DNA of 49,420 bases, from NCBI GenBank assembly GCA_046116545.1, contig CP175956.1, positions 1,236,912-1,286,331 on the forward strand, given 5' to 3'. Source of the stretch: Candidatus Moraniibacteriota bacterium (lineage in GTDB: Bacteria; Patescibacteriota; Minisyncoccia; Moranbacterales; GCA-2747515). This document shows, in pieces, positions 28,070 through 37,654 of this stretch (position 1 is its first letter; every line of letters begins with the position of its first letter). The notes under the pieces were generated by a model. It was given only the letters and a program-made list of their open reading frames with translations. It did not search any database and had not been told where the DNA came from. A program made the position numbers and the translations under genes.

Positions 28070-29071
28070 TTATTTTTCAAACATTGACTGTTGTTTTTGA
28101 TATTCTCCGCTATGAATATTTCTCCACCATTGTTCATTGTTCTTATACCATTCAATTGTTTCAGCAACACCATCCTCAAAGGTAACGCTTGGCTCCCAAC
28201 CAAGTTCTTTATTTATTTTTTCGAAATTTATCGCATACCTTTTATCATGTCCCTTCCTATCTTCTACATAATCTATCATATCAACTCCACTACCCATAGA
28301 ATCAAGTATTAAATTTGTGATTTCCAAATTAGTTTTTTCTGCATTTCCACCCACACAATATGTCTCACCCATTTTGCCATTACGTACAATTTTATCAATA
28401 GCAACACAATGATCATTCACGTGCAGCCAATCACGAATATTTTCACCAGTACCATAAACTGGTATTTTTTTATCATCCATCAAATTCGTTACAAAAAGTG
28501 GAATTAACTTCTCTGGAAATTGATACGGACCATAATTATTGGAACAGTTTGAAATTGTAATAGGAAGTCCATGTGTGTGAAAATAACTTCTCACCAAGTG
28601 ATCAGAAGAGGCCTTAGACGCACTATAAGGACTACGAGGATCATAATTTGTGTTTTCATTGAATGGCTCATCATCTTTACTGAGTGAGCCATACACTTCA
28701 TCAGTTGAGACATGATGAAATCGTACATTACCATTATTTTTTGCAGCCTCAAGTAAAATCAAAGTCCCATTAATATTTGTACGTACAAAAGCAGCGCTAT
28801 CCAATATAGACCTATCTACATGACTCTCAGCAGCAAAATGTACAATAACATCAATATCTTTCACAAGCTCATTAACTAAAACTCCATCCATGATATCACC
28901 ATGCACAAATTTATAATTTTCATTATCTTCAACATCTTTCAAATTTTCCAAATTTCCTGCATACGTAAGCGCATCTAAATTTACAATTTTATCATTGGGA
29001 TAATTCTCCAAAATATAATGAATATAATTTGCCCCTATAAATCCCGCTCCACCTGTAACTAATATTTTCAT
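28070..29071 (-). CDS. rfbB: dTDP-glucose 4,6-dehydratase
   Basis: GGAGFIG, HFAAESHVDRS, STDEVYG, YSASK, NNYGPYQFPEKLIP. Confidence 0.97.
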   Translation of the reverse strand: MKILVTGGAGFIGANYIHYILENYPNDKIVNLDALTYAGNLENLKDVEDNENYKFVHGDIMDGVLVNELVKDIDVIVHFAAESHVDRSILDSAAFVRTNINGTLILLEAAKNNGNVRFHHVSTDEVYGSLSKDDEPFNENTNYDPRSPYSASKASSDHLVRSYFHTHGLPITISNCSNNYGPYQFPEKLIPLFVTNLMDDKKIPVYGTGENIRDWLHVNDHCVAIDKIVRNGKMGETYCVGGNAEKTNLEITNLILDSMGSGVDMIDYVEDRKGHDKRYAINFEKINKELGWEPSVTFEDGVAETIEWYKNNEQWWRNIHSGEYQKQQSMFEK

Positions 29072-29198
29072 TCGTCTAAAACATTAATAAATTAATAATT
29101 TTGATATTGTTATTATTTTACTATAAGTTCATTTTTTTGTCATACTAATAAAAAGAGTCTCATTATTATAATGAAACTCTTTAACTAATTCAGTTTAC

Positions 29199-29645
29199 TT
29201 AATCTCTGCGTCTAAGAACAATATCTTTTTTACCTACAGCAACATTGAAATGTTGAATTATATTTTTCACATCATCGCTGTTGTCAACTATAGTCCATAC
29301 TGGATCCAGCCACATTAGATCTGTCACCAAAACTTCAGAATCAATAGGGAGTAAATGATAATTATCGAGATTAAATTTTAAAATTTCCGAGTTTTTTATC
29401 ACTTCTACAAAAAAATTTTTACCCCACCGATCACGACATCCAACCATCAATATGTAAAATAATTCTCTTATACACTTATGGTGTACTGATAGAGAAATGT
29501 TCCATTCAAATTCTTCCACGTCATAGTCTGACAGAGTAATCTTCAAATCACCTTCAGAACTTATTTTTAGACTACTCATCGCATCTATAAAAGATCCAAC
29601 TGCACTTGTTGATAGCTTACCTGTTAAAACTTTCCGTCTATTCAT
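29199..29645 (-). CDS. Hypothetical protein, paralog of 29907-30374
   Basis: GAGGAG SD; N-terminal half aligns with the 29907-30374 product. Confidence 0.65.
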   Translation of the reverse strand: MNRRKVLTGKLSTSAVGSFIDAMSSLKISSEGDLKITLSDYDVEEFEWNISLSVHHKCIRELFYILMVGCRDRWGKNFFVEVIKNSEILKFNLDNYHLLPIDSEVLVTDLMWLDPVWTIVDNSDDVKNIIQHFNVAVGKKDIVLRRRD

Positions 29646-29658
29646 TGAATTTTCTCCT

Positions 29659-29910
29659 CTAAAAATATTGTGGACAATAATACTTTGATACTCCTAAAGC
29701 TATAACAAGCACGATTGCGATAATGCTAATCTTTGCTTTCATCAAACTTTGTTTTTTTCTCAATTCTACAAATTCTGTAATATTTTTTCGTTCAAACAAG
29801 TTTTTGTATGTATTATTATTTTTATAAAAATAATAATCATAGAACTCCAAAACACAAACCCCAACTGATGCAAGAAATATTGCAAATAACCATACATTTA
29901 ACATACTCAA
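29659..29910 (-). CDS. Small 2-TM hypothetical protein
   Basis: Two hydrophobic segments; overlaps the upstream gene's stop. Confidence 0.55.
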   Translation of the reverse strand: MSMLNVWLFAIFLASVGVCVLEFYDYYFYKNNNTYKNLFERKNITEFVELRKKQSLMKAKISIIAIVLVIALGVSKYYCPQYF

Positions 29911-30374
29911 ATCTCCTCATCTGCTTTCTTTCGAATAACCGGCAGATTGCCATGATATATTGATATTCCCGTCATGATGGCCTTGATTTCAAAGATGGGC
30001 GATGTTGCCGGTAACCATTTCCCTTCATGTAAAAACATATCAGTCCCTTCAAGATGTTCATATGATTTAATTAACTCATAACCATCTGGAATTGGTGGGA
30101 GATTATTTTCATCGTAATGCATTTTAATTCCAAACTTATCTATCCACCTTGTCAAATGTCCTGTTAATAATGCTTTAATTACAACTTCTCTGTGACATTT
30201 TTTTGTAAAAAGTGAAACAGACCAAGTATTATTAGGCACCTTGTGATCAAATATTTTTACAGATAGTTTGTTATCCTTACTAATCTTTAACATACTGATA
30301 GTATTGATAAAACGCATCAATTCATCCGTTGACAAAACGCCTGATGCAACTTGTCTTTTTCTATCTCTCATCAT
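29907..30374 (-). CDS. Hypothetical protein, paralog of 29199-29645
   Basis: GGAGG SD before ATG 30374; LSTxxxxxFIxxxSxLKIS motif shared. Confidence 0.65.
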   Translation of the reverse strand: MMRDRKRQVASGVLSTDELMRFINTISMLKISKDNKLSVKIFDHKVPNNTWSVSLFTKKCHREVVIKALLTGHLTRWIDKFGIKMHYDENNLPPIPDGYELIKSYEHLEGTDMFLHEGKWLPATSPIFEIKAIMTGISIYHGNLPVIRKKADEEI

Positions 30375-30438
30375 TTTTCCTCCCAAATTTTATAAGAACT
30401 AATTCTTTTATAAACACATGACACAACATAGTCATTTT

Positions 30439-31491
30439 TTACATCTTTGGCATCTCCTTAATATACAAATCTTGTTTTGCATATGGAATTTCTATTCCTT
30501 CTTTGGAAAATGTTTTATAAATAGCTCTATTGAGCTCATGTGTTGTTATTCCCTTTTTTGCAGATGATTTCACTCTTACCAAAAGTTCATAATCAAGACT
30601 TGAAGCACCAAACATTCTAAATCTTACTCGTGGAGCAGGTTCTTGTAAAGCATTTTCATTTTTATCTGCGATATCAAGCACAAGCTTTTCAACTTCATCA
30701 ATATCACTTCCATAAGCAACTCCAAAAGGAATTTTGACACGATATTCTTTACCTGTATCTCCACCTGATTCATTTGTAAGTGTTGCATTTCCTATTACAG
30801 CGTTTGGCACAGTTACTTCCATATCATCCGTATTCTTCATTCTAGTTGTCCTTATTCCTATATCAGTAACCTTTCCCCGCTCACCACTATCAAGTACTAT
30901 CCAATCGCCTATTTTGTACGGCGCATCAGTAAGTATGAAAACTCCAGAAATCAAATTTGCCAAAGTGTCCTTAGCTGCAAAACCAATAGCAATACCAGCA
31001 ACTCCCGCACTAGCAAGCCACGCTGTCATATTTATCCCCCAAACATTGAACATAAAATAAACAGACATTGCCCAAACAATAACAAAAGATGTATTTAAAA
31101 ATAATGGCAATGTTTGAATTGTTACAAACTTAACTTTATTAACTTGTGAAAAGTAATCAAAAAGAACTTTTATAAATCGCACTAAAAATACACTCCATAT
31201 TATTATGAGTATAGTCTGAAAAATAGGTAACGTAACATTTTTTATGATATCCCCAAAAAATAAAATTCGCAGAGACATATAAACACCGCTTAAAGTAATA
31301 GTGTAAAATACTGGACCTTTCAATAAGTCAATCACCTTATCATCAAAGTCAGTTTCCGTCTTATGTACAAATCGCTTCCCGATAAATGCAATCAAAAAAG
31401 TAACTACCTGGGCAATGACTATAGTCCCTAGCACAATAATTACCAGTTGCAAAAAAGTATCATAATTAAAATCAACAATAAAATCTCTCAT
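30439..31491 (-). CDS. mscS: Small-conductance mechanosensitive channel
   Basis: AGVAGIAIGFAAKDTLANLISG, PYKIGDWI, GKVTDIGIRTT, FGASSLDYEL. Confidence 0.92.
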   Translation of the reverse strand: MRDFIVDFNYDTFLQLVIIVLGTIVIAQVVTFLIAFIGKRFVHKTETDFDDKVIDLLKGPVFYTITLSGVYMSLRILFFGDIIKNVTLPIFQTILIIIWSVFLVRFIKVLFDYFSQVNKVKFVTIQTLPLFLNTSFVIVWAMSVYFMFNVWGINMTAWLASAGVAGIAIGFAAKDTLANLISGVFILTDAPYKIGDWIVLDSGERGKVTDIGIRTTRMKNTDDMEVTVPNAVIGNATLTNESGGDTGKEYRVKIPFGVAYGSDIDEVEKLVLDIADKNENALQEPAPRVRFRMFGASSLDYELLVRVKSSAKKGITTHELNRAIYKTFSKEGIEIPYAKQDLYIKEMPKM

Positions 31492-31564
31492 AAATATAAC
31501 AAAATTAATAATACATATATTGATGTACTACTATTACATGAATTATTGTGCTTGTCCAGATGAG

Positions 31565-32128
31565 TTACATTGTAAAGTCTTTATCAATATTGCAAAATGC
31601 AAAACTGTCTTTGTCTTTATCTGAAATTATTGGCTCCATGATTCCATACTGACCTAATTGCCAATCAATCCCCAGATGTGCATCATCCCATTTTATTGCA
31701 CCTTCTGATTCTTTATTATATAAATTTGTACATTTATAACTAAAAATTGTATCATCTTCCAATGCTACAAATCCATGTGCAAATCCCTGTGGTATCCAAA
31801 ACTGTTTTTTATTATCACCTGTCAACTTAATACTTTCCCATTTACCAAATGTCTCTGAACCATGTCTAATGTCTACTGCAACATCCAGCACGCTTCCACT
31901 AACAACCTGCACAAGCTTTCCTTGCGCATACGGTTCTTTTTGGAAATGCAACCCTCTTAAAACACCTTTTACAGATTTTGATAAATTATCTTGCACAAAA
32001 TCAACATCAATGCCATTTTCTATATATCTTTCTTTATTATAAGTCTCCACAAAAAATCCTCTATCATCTCCAAAAATATCTGGTTCAATAATCAAAAGTC
32101 CCTCAATTTTAGTTTTTGTTATTTTCAT
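31565..32128 (-). CDS. rfbC: dTDP-4-dehydrorhamnose 3,5-epimerase
   Basis: DDRGFF, QDNLSKSVKGVLRGLHFQ, GFAHGF, YKC. Confidence 0.97.
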   Translation of the reverse strand: MKITKTKIEGLLIIEPDIFGDDRGFFVETYNKERYIENGIDVDFVQDNLSKSVKGVLRGLHFQKEPYAQGKLVQVVSGSVLDVAVDIRHGSETFGKWESIKLTGDNKKQFWIPQGFAHGFVALEDDTIFSYKCTNLYNKESEGAIKWDDAHLGIDWQLGQYGIMEPIISDKDKDSFAFCNIDKDFTM

Positions 32129-32221
32129 CGCAATACAGTTAATAATTTATCTTATTTGAATTATACCATATCAAAAAAGCAGGTTCCGATTTCAAACTTA
32201 TCACTACAAAATTTCAATCAA

Positions 32222-32250
32222 CAAAAAGGACGCCCACAAGGGGCGTCCCT
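32222..32250 (-). terminator. Intrinsic terminator after the DUF4012 gene
   Basis: GGACGCCC-ACAAG-GGGCGTCC with an A tract on the left. Confidence 0.7.
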
Positions 32251-32271
32251 ACATTTTATATTTTTTTGCTT

Positions 32272-33648
32272 TTATTTGAGTTCTGACAATGTAATGTCTG
32301 TATCCATGTAGAAACTATAATCCTCTGTTGATTCCATTCCTGGATTTTTTACATGCACTTGAACTGGCACATCGTGTACGCCAGATTGTTTTTGAATTTT
32401 TAGATCATAAGGATATTTATTTTTCATATCAATTGGAAGATTGTATCTAACTGTTACATCTTTTTGACCTCCAAGTGGCACATGAACTAAACATCCTACA
32501 TATTTTTTGGCAAATTTATCTCCATATTTTGGTTCCAAAACACAACCTTCGATACCTGTGAACCACGTATCAGCAGGCGTATAGATTCTTACATATGTTT
32601 GATAATCACTTGTTTTCCAATCCTTCTGGGTTGCTGTATTTTCATAATGTACTGTTACAACAGCTTGTGGAATTGTTCCTGATAAATCTATATCATAATC
32701 AATGCTACGATTCATCACATGATCAGTTTTATAAGATGCTAGATTTGCATCTACTATCATTAAATAATCTTTATTCCATTCTGTATCTACTTTACCACTC
32801 CATTCAACCGCATCAATAAGTTTGTTCATTTTTTCATCATCAAAATAAAGTTGAATATCTTTATTTTTAAATGAATCTAAAAAGTTATTAACTAATGATA
32901 TTTTTTCCTTTATTGACATTTTCTTGACTCTACGTATCATCTCCTTTGACAAATCATCCATTACAACTTTTCTATCACCTATCTCTATATTTTGATCTTT
33001 ATATCCTTGTTCAACTTGATATTCAAGAGTCATAATAGCATCACCACTTTTATATGTATCTGGATAGTTATCAAGCTTAATTGGACCGGTAGCATCAAGC
33101 ATCACATCTAATAATGACGCATTTACAGCTATCACACCATCAAAATCATCTCCACCTTTTCCAAGTTTATAAAATTTTTCTGCAATACGAGCATTTGTAG
33201 GAAAATCTGGCATCCAATTACTATCACGAAACTTCCATGATGGTATACCCATAGTTGATTCCATTGGAAATGGAGGCTTGATTGTATCTGGGATACGTCC
33301 ATCAAAGTTTGCTGTATCATGCACACCACTTTCCAGTACCTCTCCATTCTTCACCTTTACAGTTGCAAATGAACCTATATACCCGCCACCTGGACGAAGT
33401 TCCATATTATTTTGCAAAAGTATCATGAAATTCCTTTCAGCATCGTCTTTTTGAAGTACATAATGCGCAATTTCTAATGCTGTTTCATACTTGTCTCCCA
33501 AAGGTAGTATTCTTGATGTATTGTATGCAACATCCACCATTTTTAAAGGATCATTTTTCCATTGCAAAAATACATACCATCCAGCCAAAAGAGGTATTGC
33601 TATTACCCAAAATATAATCAAAGTCTTTGTAGTAATTTTTTTAGACAT
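32272..33648 (-). CDS. DUF4012-like protein
   Basis: LLQNNMELRPGGGYIGS, RDSNWMPDFP, FDGVIA, N-terminal TM. Confidence 0.85.
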   Translation of the reverse strand: MSKKITTKTLIIFWVIAIPLLAGWYVFLQWKNDPLKMVDVAYNTSRILPLGDKYETALEIAHYVLQKDDAERNFMILLQNNMELRPGGGYIGSFATVKVKNGEVLESGVHDTANFDGRIPDTIKPPFPMESTMGIPSWKFRDSNWMPDFPTNARIAEKFYKLGKGGDDFDGVIAVNASLLDVMLDATGPIKLDNYPDTYKSGDAIMTLEYQVEQGYKDQNIEIGDRKVVMDDLSKEMIRRVKKMSIKEKISLVNNFLDSFKNKDIQLYFDDEKMNKLIDAVEWSGKVDTEWNKDYLMIVDANLASYKTDHVMNRSIDYDIDLSGTIPQAVVTVHYENTATQKDWKTSDYQTYVRIYTPADTWFTGIEGCVLEPKYGDKFAKKYVGCLVHVPLGGQKDVTVRYNLPIDMKNKYPYDLKIQKQSGVHDVPVQVHVKNPGMESTEDYSFYMDTDITLSELK

Positions 33649-33652
33649 AAAT

Positions 33653-34618
33653 TTATAGTTTACCATTTAAAAGCTCGTTCAATCTTGCCTTTAACTCCTC
33701 CTCTGTTGGTTCAGTCTTTCCTGCCTCAATATCTTCCTGAGGAATTTGATTATCATTTTTATTATTTTTTTCAGACTCAGTATTACCACCAAAATCACTA
33801 ATATCCACCACTGGCAAATTACCCGGCGTAGTAGGCAATCCTTCTGGCACTGAAACATCTTCAAATGATTTAAAATTATCAGCCTTTTGTTTTAAATTCT
33901 TTTTTTCCTCATCAATTGCATCAATAACTTCATTTTCATCCAAAATATCATCTACTACTGCCTCTTTCAAATCAGCGTCATCTTCTTGAATTTCTATTTC
34001 AGCGTCAACTAAGGCTAGTATATCTTTATCTGAAAAATCATTCTCTTTTTTGTTATTATATTTTTTAAATATTTTTTCACCGTCTATTTTTTCATCCTTT
34101 TCTTTTGTTTCATTTATAGATCCAAAGATCAATATTGCTCCCGACATTAACCCCGTAGCAACTATCCCAAACAGAACATACATAATCCATGCTGAAATAT
34201 TTGTTTCATTTACACTTTGTATTCCAATAATCTTGATTGAAAAATCTGTACCAATATTATAATATTTTTCTATTGCGATTAAAGAACTCTTAAGTGCACT
34301 TTTTTCAACAAAAATAACATCCGACTCTGAATTAGCAAATGTTTTAAACTCAATGATATCAGTTCCTTTTAATCGATCTATTTTCACATCAGCATTATAA
34401 TTTTCAGTAACTGCATTTAAACTTATAGCATCTTGAGATATTGCGACTATATTATTAACTGTATTATCTGCATTTTCTGCTATAATTGTACTTTCTGGAA
34501 TTATTAATAATTCTGTATTTCCCACAAAACTAGATTTTTGCATAACAAAAGCTATGTACAAAATCATTGTACTGATTGCAACAAAAACTAAAAATGTATA
34601 TAATCGTATCATATTCAT
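33653..34618 (-). CDS. 2-TM protein with acidic tail (Wzz/chain-length-determinant-like topology)
   Basis: TM, extracytoplasmic loop, TM, long acidic tail; next to polysaccharide genes. Confidence 0.5.
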   Translation of the reverse strand: MNMIRLYTFLVFVAISTMILYIAFVMQKSSFVGNTELLIIPESTIIAENADNTVNNIVAISQDAISLNAVTENYNADVKIDRLKGTDIIEFKTFANSESDVIFVEKSALKSSLIAIEKYYNIGTDFSIKIIGIQSVNETNISAWIMYVLFGIVATGLMSGAILIFGSINETKEKDEKIDGEKIFKKYNNKKENDFSDKDILALVDAEIEIQEDDADLKEAVVDDILDENEVIDAIDEEKKNLKQKADNFKSFEDVSVPEGLPTTPGNLPVVDISDFGGNTESEKNNKNDNQIPQEDIEAGKTEPTEEELKARLNELLNGKL

Positions 34619-34737
34619 ATCTCTACTATATCTATTAAAAAATCTTGAAAATACCTTAAATATGGCATTTCAAACTTAACAAACTATTGTACCAAAATTT
34701 ACATATTTTGTCAATAGTCCCCTATTTTACAAAAATT

Positions 34738-35628
34738 ATGCAAAAAATAACTATACAATCAATAATCTCCTCAAATATTGCTATTTGCGATCAATTTGAT
34801 ATTGAGCTGATAATAGCTCATGTGCTCAACAAAGATCGTATTTTCACAATAACTCATAATACTCAAATACTTACAAAAAAGCAAGTAGATGAGATTACTG
34901 AGTTATGCAAGAATCGAGCCGCTGGATATCCCCTTGCCTATATACTGGGTGAAAAAGAATTTTTTGGACGTAGCTTCAAAGTGACCGAAGATACATTAAT
35001 ACCAAGACCTGAAACAGAAATTCTAATTGATGCTGTTTTGTCATTTTTATTAAAGGATAACTTATCTAATATATTAATCATTGATATTGGTACTGGTAGT
35101 GGAATTATACCTATCACGCTAAATAAAGAAATTTCAACAAACATAATTAAAAATATATTAGCAACAGATATCTCAGACAAGGCCTTAAATATAGCATCCT
35201 ACAATATAGCAAGCCATAACTCCTCCAATATTATGCTATACCATTCAGACTTACTTTCTAATACAGATTTACTCGATGCAATTCATTCAACAAAATTTGA
35301 ACATCTAATAATTACGGCAAATCTCCCGTATGTTAATGACTCTATAAAAACAGAATTAGTACAAAAAAAAGAATCCAAATCATTAAAATATGAACCACAA
35401 ATTGCACTATGGTCAGAAGATGCTGGACTATCTCATTACAAGCAACTCATCACGCAAACACTCAACTTAAATATAGATGTAAAAATCACATCATTTTATG
35501 AAATAAGCCCCGAACAATACCCCTTACTTAAATCATATCTAAAACAGCATATTAAAAATCCAAAAATAAAATTGGCAAAAGACTTGGCAAATAAAGAAAG
35601 AATTGTGACTTTTTCTATCAACGCATAA
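34738..35628 (+). CDS. prmC: Release factor glutamine methyltransferase
   Basis: GYPLAYILGEKEFFG, TLIPRPETE, DIGTGSG, ANLPYV, KDLANKER. Start moved to ATG 34738. Confidence 0.93.
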   Translation: MQKITIQSIISSNIAICDQFDIELIIAHVLNKDRIFTITHNTQILTKKQVDEITELCKNRAAGYPLAYILGEKEFFGRSFKVTEDTLIPRPETEILIDAVLSFLLKDNLSNILIIDIGTGSGIIPITLNKEISTNIIKNILATDISDKALNIASYNIASHNSSNIMLYHSDLLSNTDLLDAIHSTKFEHLIITANLPYVNDSIKTELVQKKESKSLKYEPQIALWSEDAGLSHYKQLITQTLNLNIDVKITSFYEISPEQYPLLKSYLKQHIKNPKIKLAKDLANKERIVTFSINA

Positions 35629-35681
35629 AGCCACAGTCATTGCCGCGGCCTTATGCTTTAATTTAAAATTTTGTCAAAACG

Positions 35682-35942
35682 CTATCTTTTTCGCTTCGTT
35701 GTTTTACGTTTTGCTGTTTTTTTCTTTGCAGTTTTACGAGTTACCTTCTTCTTTGCAACTTTTTTCTTTGCAGTTTTACGAGTTGCTTTTTTCTTAGTTA
35801 CTTTCTTCTTTGCAACTTTTCTTTTTGCAGTTTTGCGAGTTGCTTTTTTCTTAGTTACTTTCTTCTTTGCAACTTTTCTTTTTGCAGTTTTGCGAGTTGC
35901 TTTCTTTTTTGTTGTTTTCTTCTTAGGTTTGCATCTTCCCAT
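35682..35942 (-). CDS. Histone H1-like (Hc2/HctB-type) Lys/Arg-rich protein
   Basis: 86 aa, mostly K/R/A/T/V; three 19-aa repeats KKKATRKTAK(R/K)KVAKKKVT; strong SD. Confidence 0.8.
   Translation of the reverse strand: MGRCKPKKKTTKKKATRKTAKRKVAKKKVTKKKATRKTAKRKVAKKKVTKKKATRKTAKKKVAKKKVTRKTAKKKTAKRKTTKRKR
35739..35909 (-). repeat. 3 x 57-nt coding tandem repeat
   Basis: Underlies the 19-aa repeat of the H1-like protein. Confidence 0.85.
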
Positions 35943-36054
35943 GAAATTTCACCTTCCTTTCTATTTTTATTTCTTACTTACAAAATTTTTTTTATTTAAA
36001 AAATAATTTTGTTTTATATATTCATTATAAAACATTTTTACATAAAATCAATAT

Positions 36055-36546
36055 CTAAAAAAGTGCAAAAATAAAGATTCCTATTATTAAAAATGATATG
36101 AAAATCTTGCTAACTATTCCAAATAAAAATCCTAAAATCGTTCCAAATCCTGCTTTCATTGCTGGATGAGCTTTTTTGTATTTTATAAATTCGCCAATAA
36201 ATGCTCCCGCAAAAGACCCTATTAGCATGCCAATAATATTAAATACTATAAGACCTAGCATACTACCAATAAACGCACCTAGAACACCTACCCAACTAGC
36301 TCCATACACCTTTGCACCAAATGTGGTAGCGATAAAGTCTAAAAGAGTTCCAAATAGAGTTAAAATTCCAGTTATTATCACTACTGTCATTGTTACCTCA
36401 ACAAAATCTGTAAATATTGCATATATCAAGACACCTGCCCATATTACAGGCAAGCTAGGTATCACAGGTAATACTATTCCAGCAAGTCCCACTACAAAAA
36501 GTACTACAATCGTAATTATTAATAAAATTTCCATCATATAACTCAA
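36055..36546 (-). CDS. DUF456 (YqgC-like) membrane protein
   Basis: GIVLPVIPSLP, GAKVYGAS..GVLGA..G...GAFIGE. Confidence 0.85.
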   Translation of the reverse strand: MSYMMEILLIITIVVLFVVGLAGIVLPVIPSLPVIWAGVLIYAIFTDFVEVTMTVVIITGILTLFGTLLDFIATTFGAKVYGASWVGVLGAFIGSMLGLIVFNIIGMLIGSFAGAFIGEFIKYKKAHPAMKAGFGTILGFLFGIVSKIFISFLIIGIFIFALF

Positions 36547-36709
36547 TTATTCAAACTACTCTTCATTACACCAAAAAAATACATCTTTGTCTATATTGAC
36601 TAGCTTTTTAATGACTGTACAATTAGAAAGTAATTTCGTTGTCTGCTTCATTGCAGACGGCTTCAACGTAAGCTTTTAACAATTTAAAACTAGAAAGGAA
36701 GGTGAAAAT

Positions 36710-37552
36710 ATGACTGAAGAAAATAGTATGTCAAACTGGTTTCAAGACAATCTACGCATCATTATTAGCGTTGGTATCGTAATTTTACTTGTTTTTGCTA
36801 TTTACTCTTACTCAAAGCGTAATTCTAACACTGATGTTATCATTGATGACTCTCAAATAGAAGAAATTGCTATGACAGCTGGTGACAGCAATAGTGATGA
36901 AATCAATGAAATAATCGATGAAATAAAAGATGAAGAGAATACTAAAGAAGTAACTGTAACAATAGAAAAAGAAGTGCCTACTGATAACAACGATGAAGCT
37001 GCAAAAAAGGCCGAGGCTAAAATTGCTCTAGAAAAAAAGATAGCAGAGGAAGCTCAGGCAGTTGCTGCTGCAAAAAAGGCTGAACAAGAAGCTGCTCAAG
37101 AACAACAAAGGAAAGAGCAGGCTGAACAAGAGGCTAAAATTGCTATAGAGAAGAAGCTGCAAGAAGAAGCTGTAAAGAAAGAATCTGAAAAGCAAGCAAA
37201 TGATAATAAAACAGCTAAGGATGTTGTGAAAGAAGTCATTGAATCACGTTCCAGACAGAAAGAAGGCGTTATTGTTGTAGTTGCTGTCTCTGGAGACTCT
37301 CAGACTACACTTGCTCGTAAAGCAGCTGCTGAATATATTTCAAAAAATAATGTAAGCGGACTTACTCCAGCTCACAAAATTTATATTGAAGATTATGTTC
37401 GAAAAGCTACTCGATCTAACGGTATTCACACTGGAACAGAAATGGACTTTTCTAATGACTTGATTTCTCAAGCTATAGAAAAATCACGAACACTTTCAAG
37501 TGCTCAATTAAGCAATCTTGATAAATATGCTGCAAATGTTTCATCATTTTAA
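36710..37552 (+). CDS. Membrane-anchored protein with A/K/E-rich coiled coil and a conserved-looking C-terminal domain
   Basis: N-terminal TM; TTGACT/TACAAT promoter at 36596-36623; extended SD; terminator at ~37601-37630. Confidence 0.75.
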   Translation: MTEENSMSNWFQDNLRIIISVGIVILLVFAIYSYSKRNSNTDVIIDDSQIEEIAMTAGDSNSDEINEIIDEIKDEENTKEVTVTIEKEVPTDNNDEAAKKAEAKIALEKKIAEEAQAVAAAKKAEQEAAQEQQRKEQAEQEAKIAIEKKLQEEAVKKESEKQANDNKTAKDVVKEVIESRSRQKEGVIVVVAVSGDSQTTLARKAAAEYISKNNVSGLTPAHKIYIEDYVRKATRSNGIHTGTEMDFSNDLISQAIEKSRTLSSAQLSNLDKYAANVSSF

Positions 37553-37600
37553 TGATATTTATTTAAATTACCTTAATTAGTATTCGTTCTTTATAAACAT

Positions 37601-37630
37601 AAAACCCTCGGGCAGCGCCTCGAGGGTTTT
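37601..37630. terminator. Bidirectional intrinsic terminator
   Basis: AAAACCCTCG...CGAGGGTTTT between convergent genes. Confidence 0.75.
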
Positions 37631-37654
37631 GTGTTTTCTACGGTGTCTATAGAT

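Noticed and set aside
35671-36006. 111-aa Phe/Val-rich + strand ORF
   Set aside because: Antisense shadow of the Lys-rich H1-like repeat gene, which has the SD.
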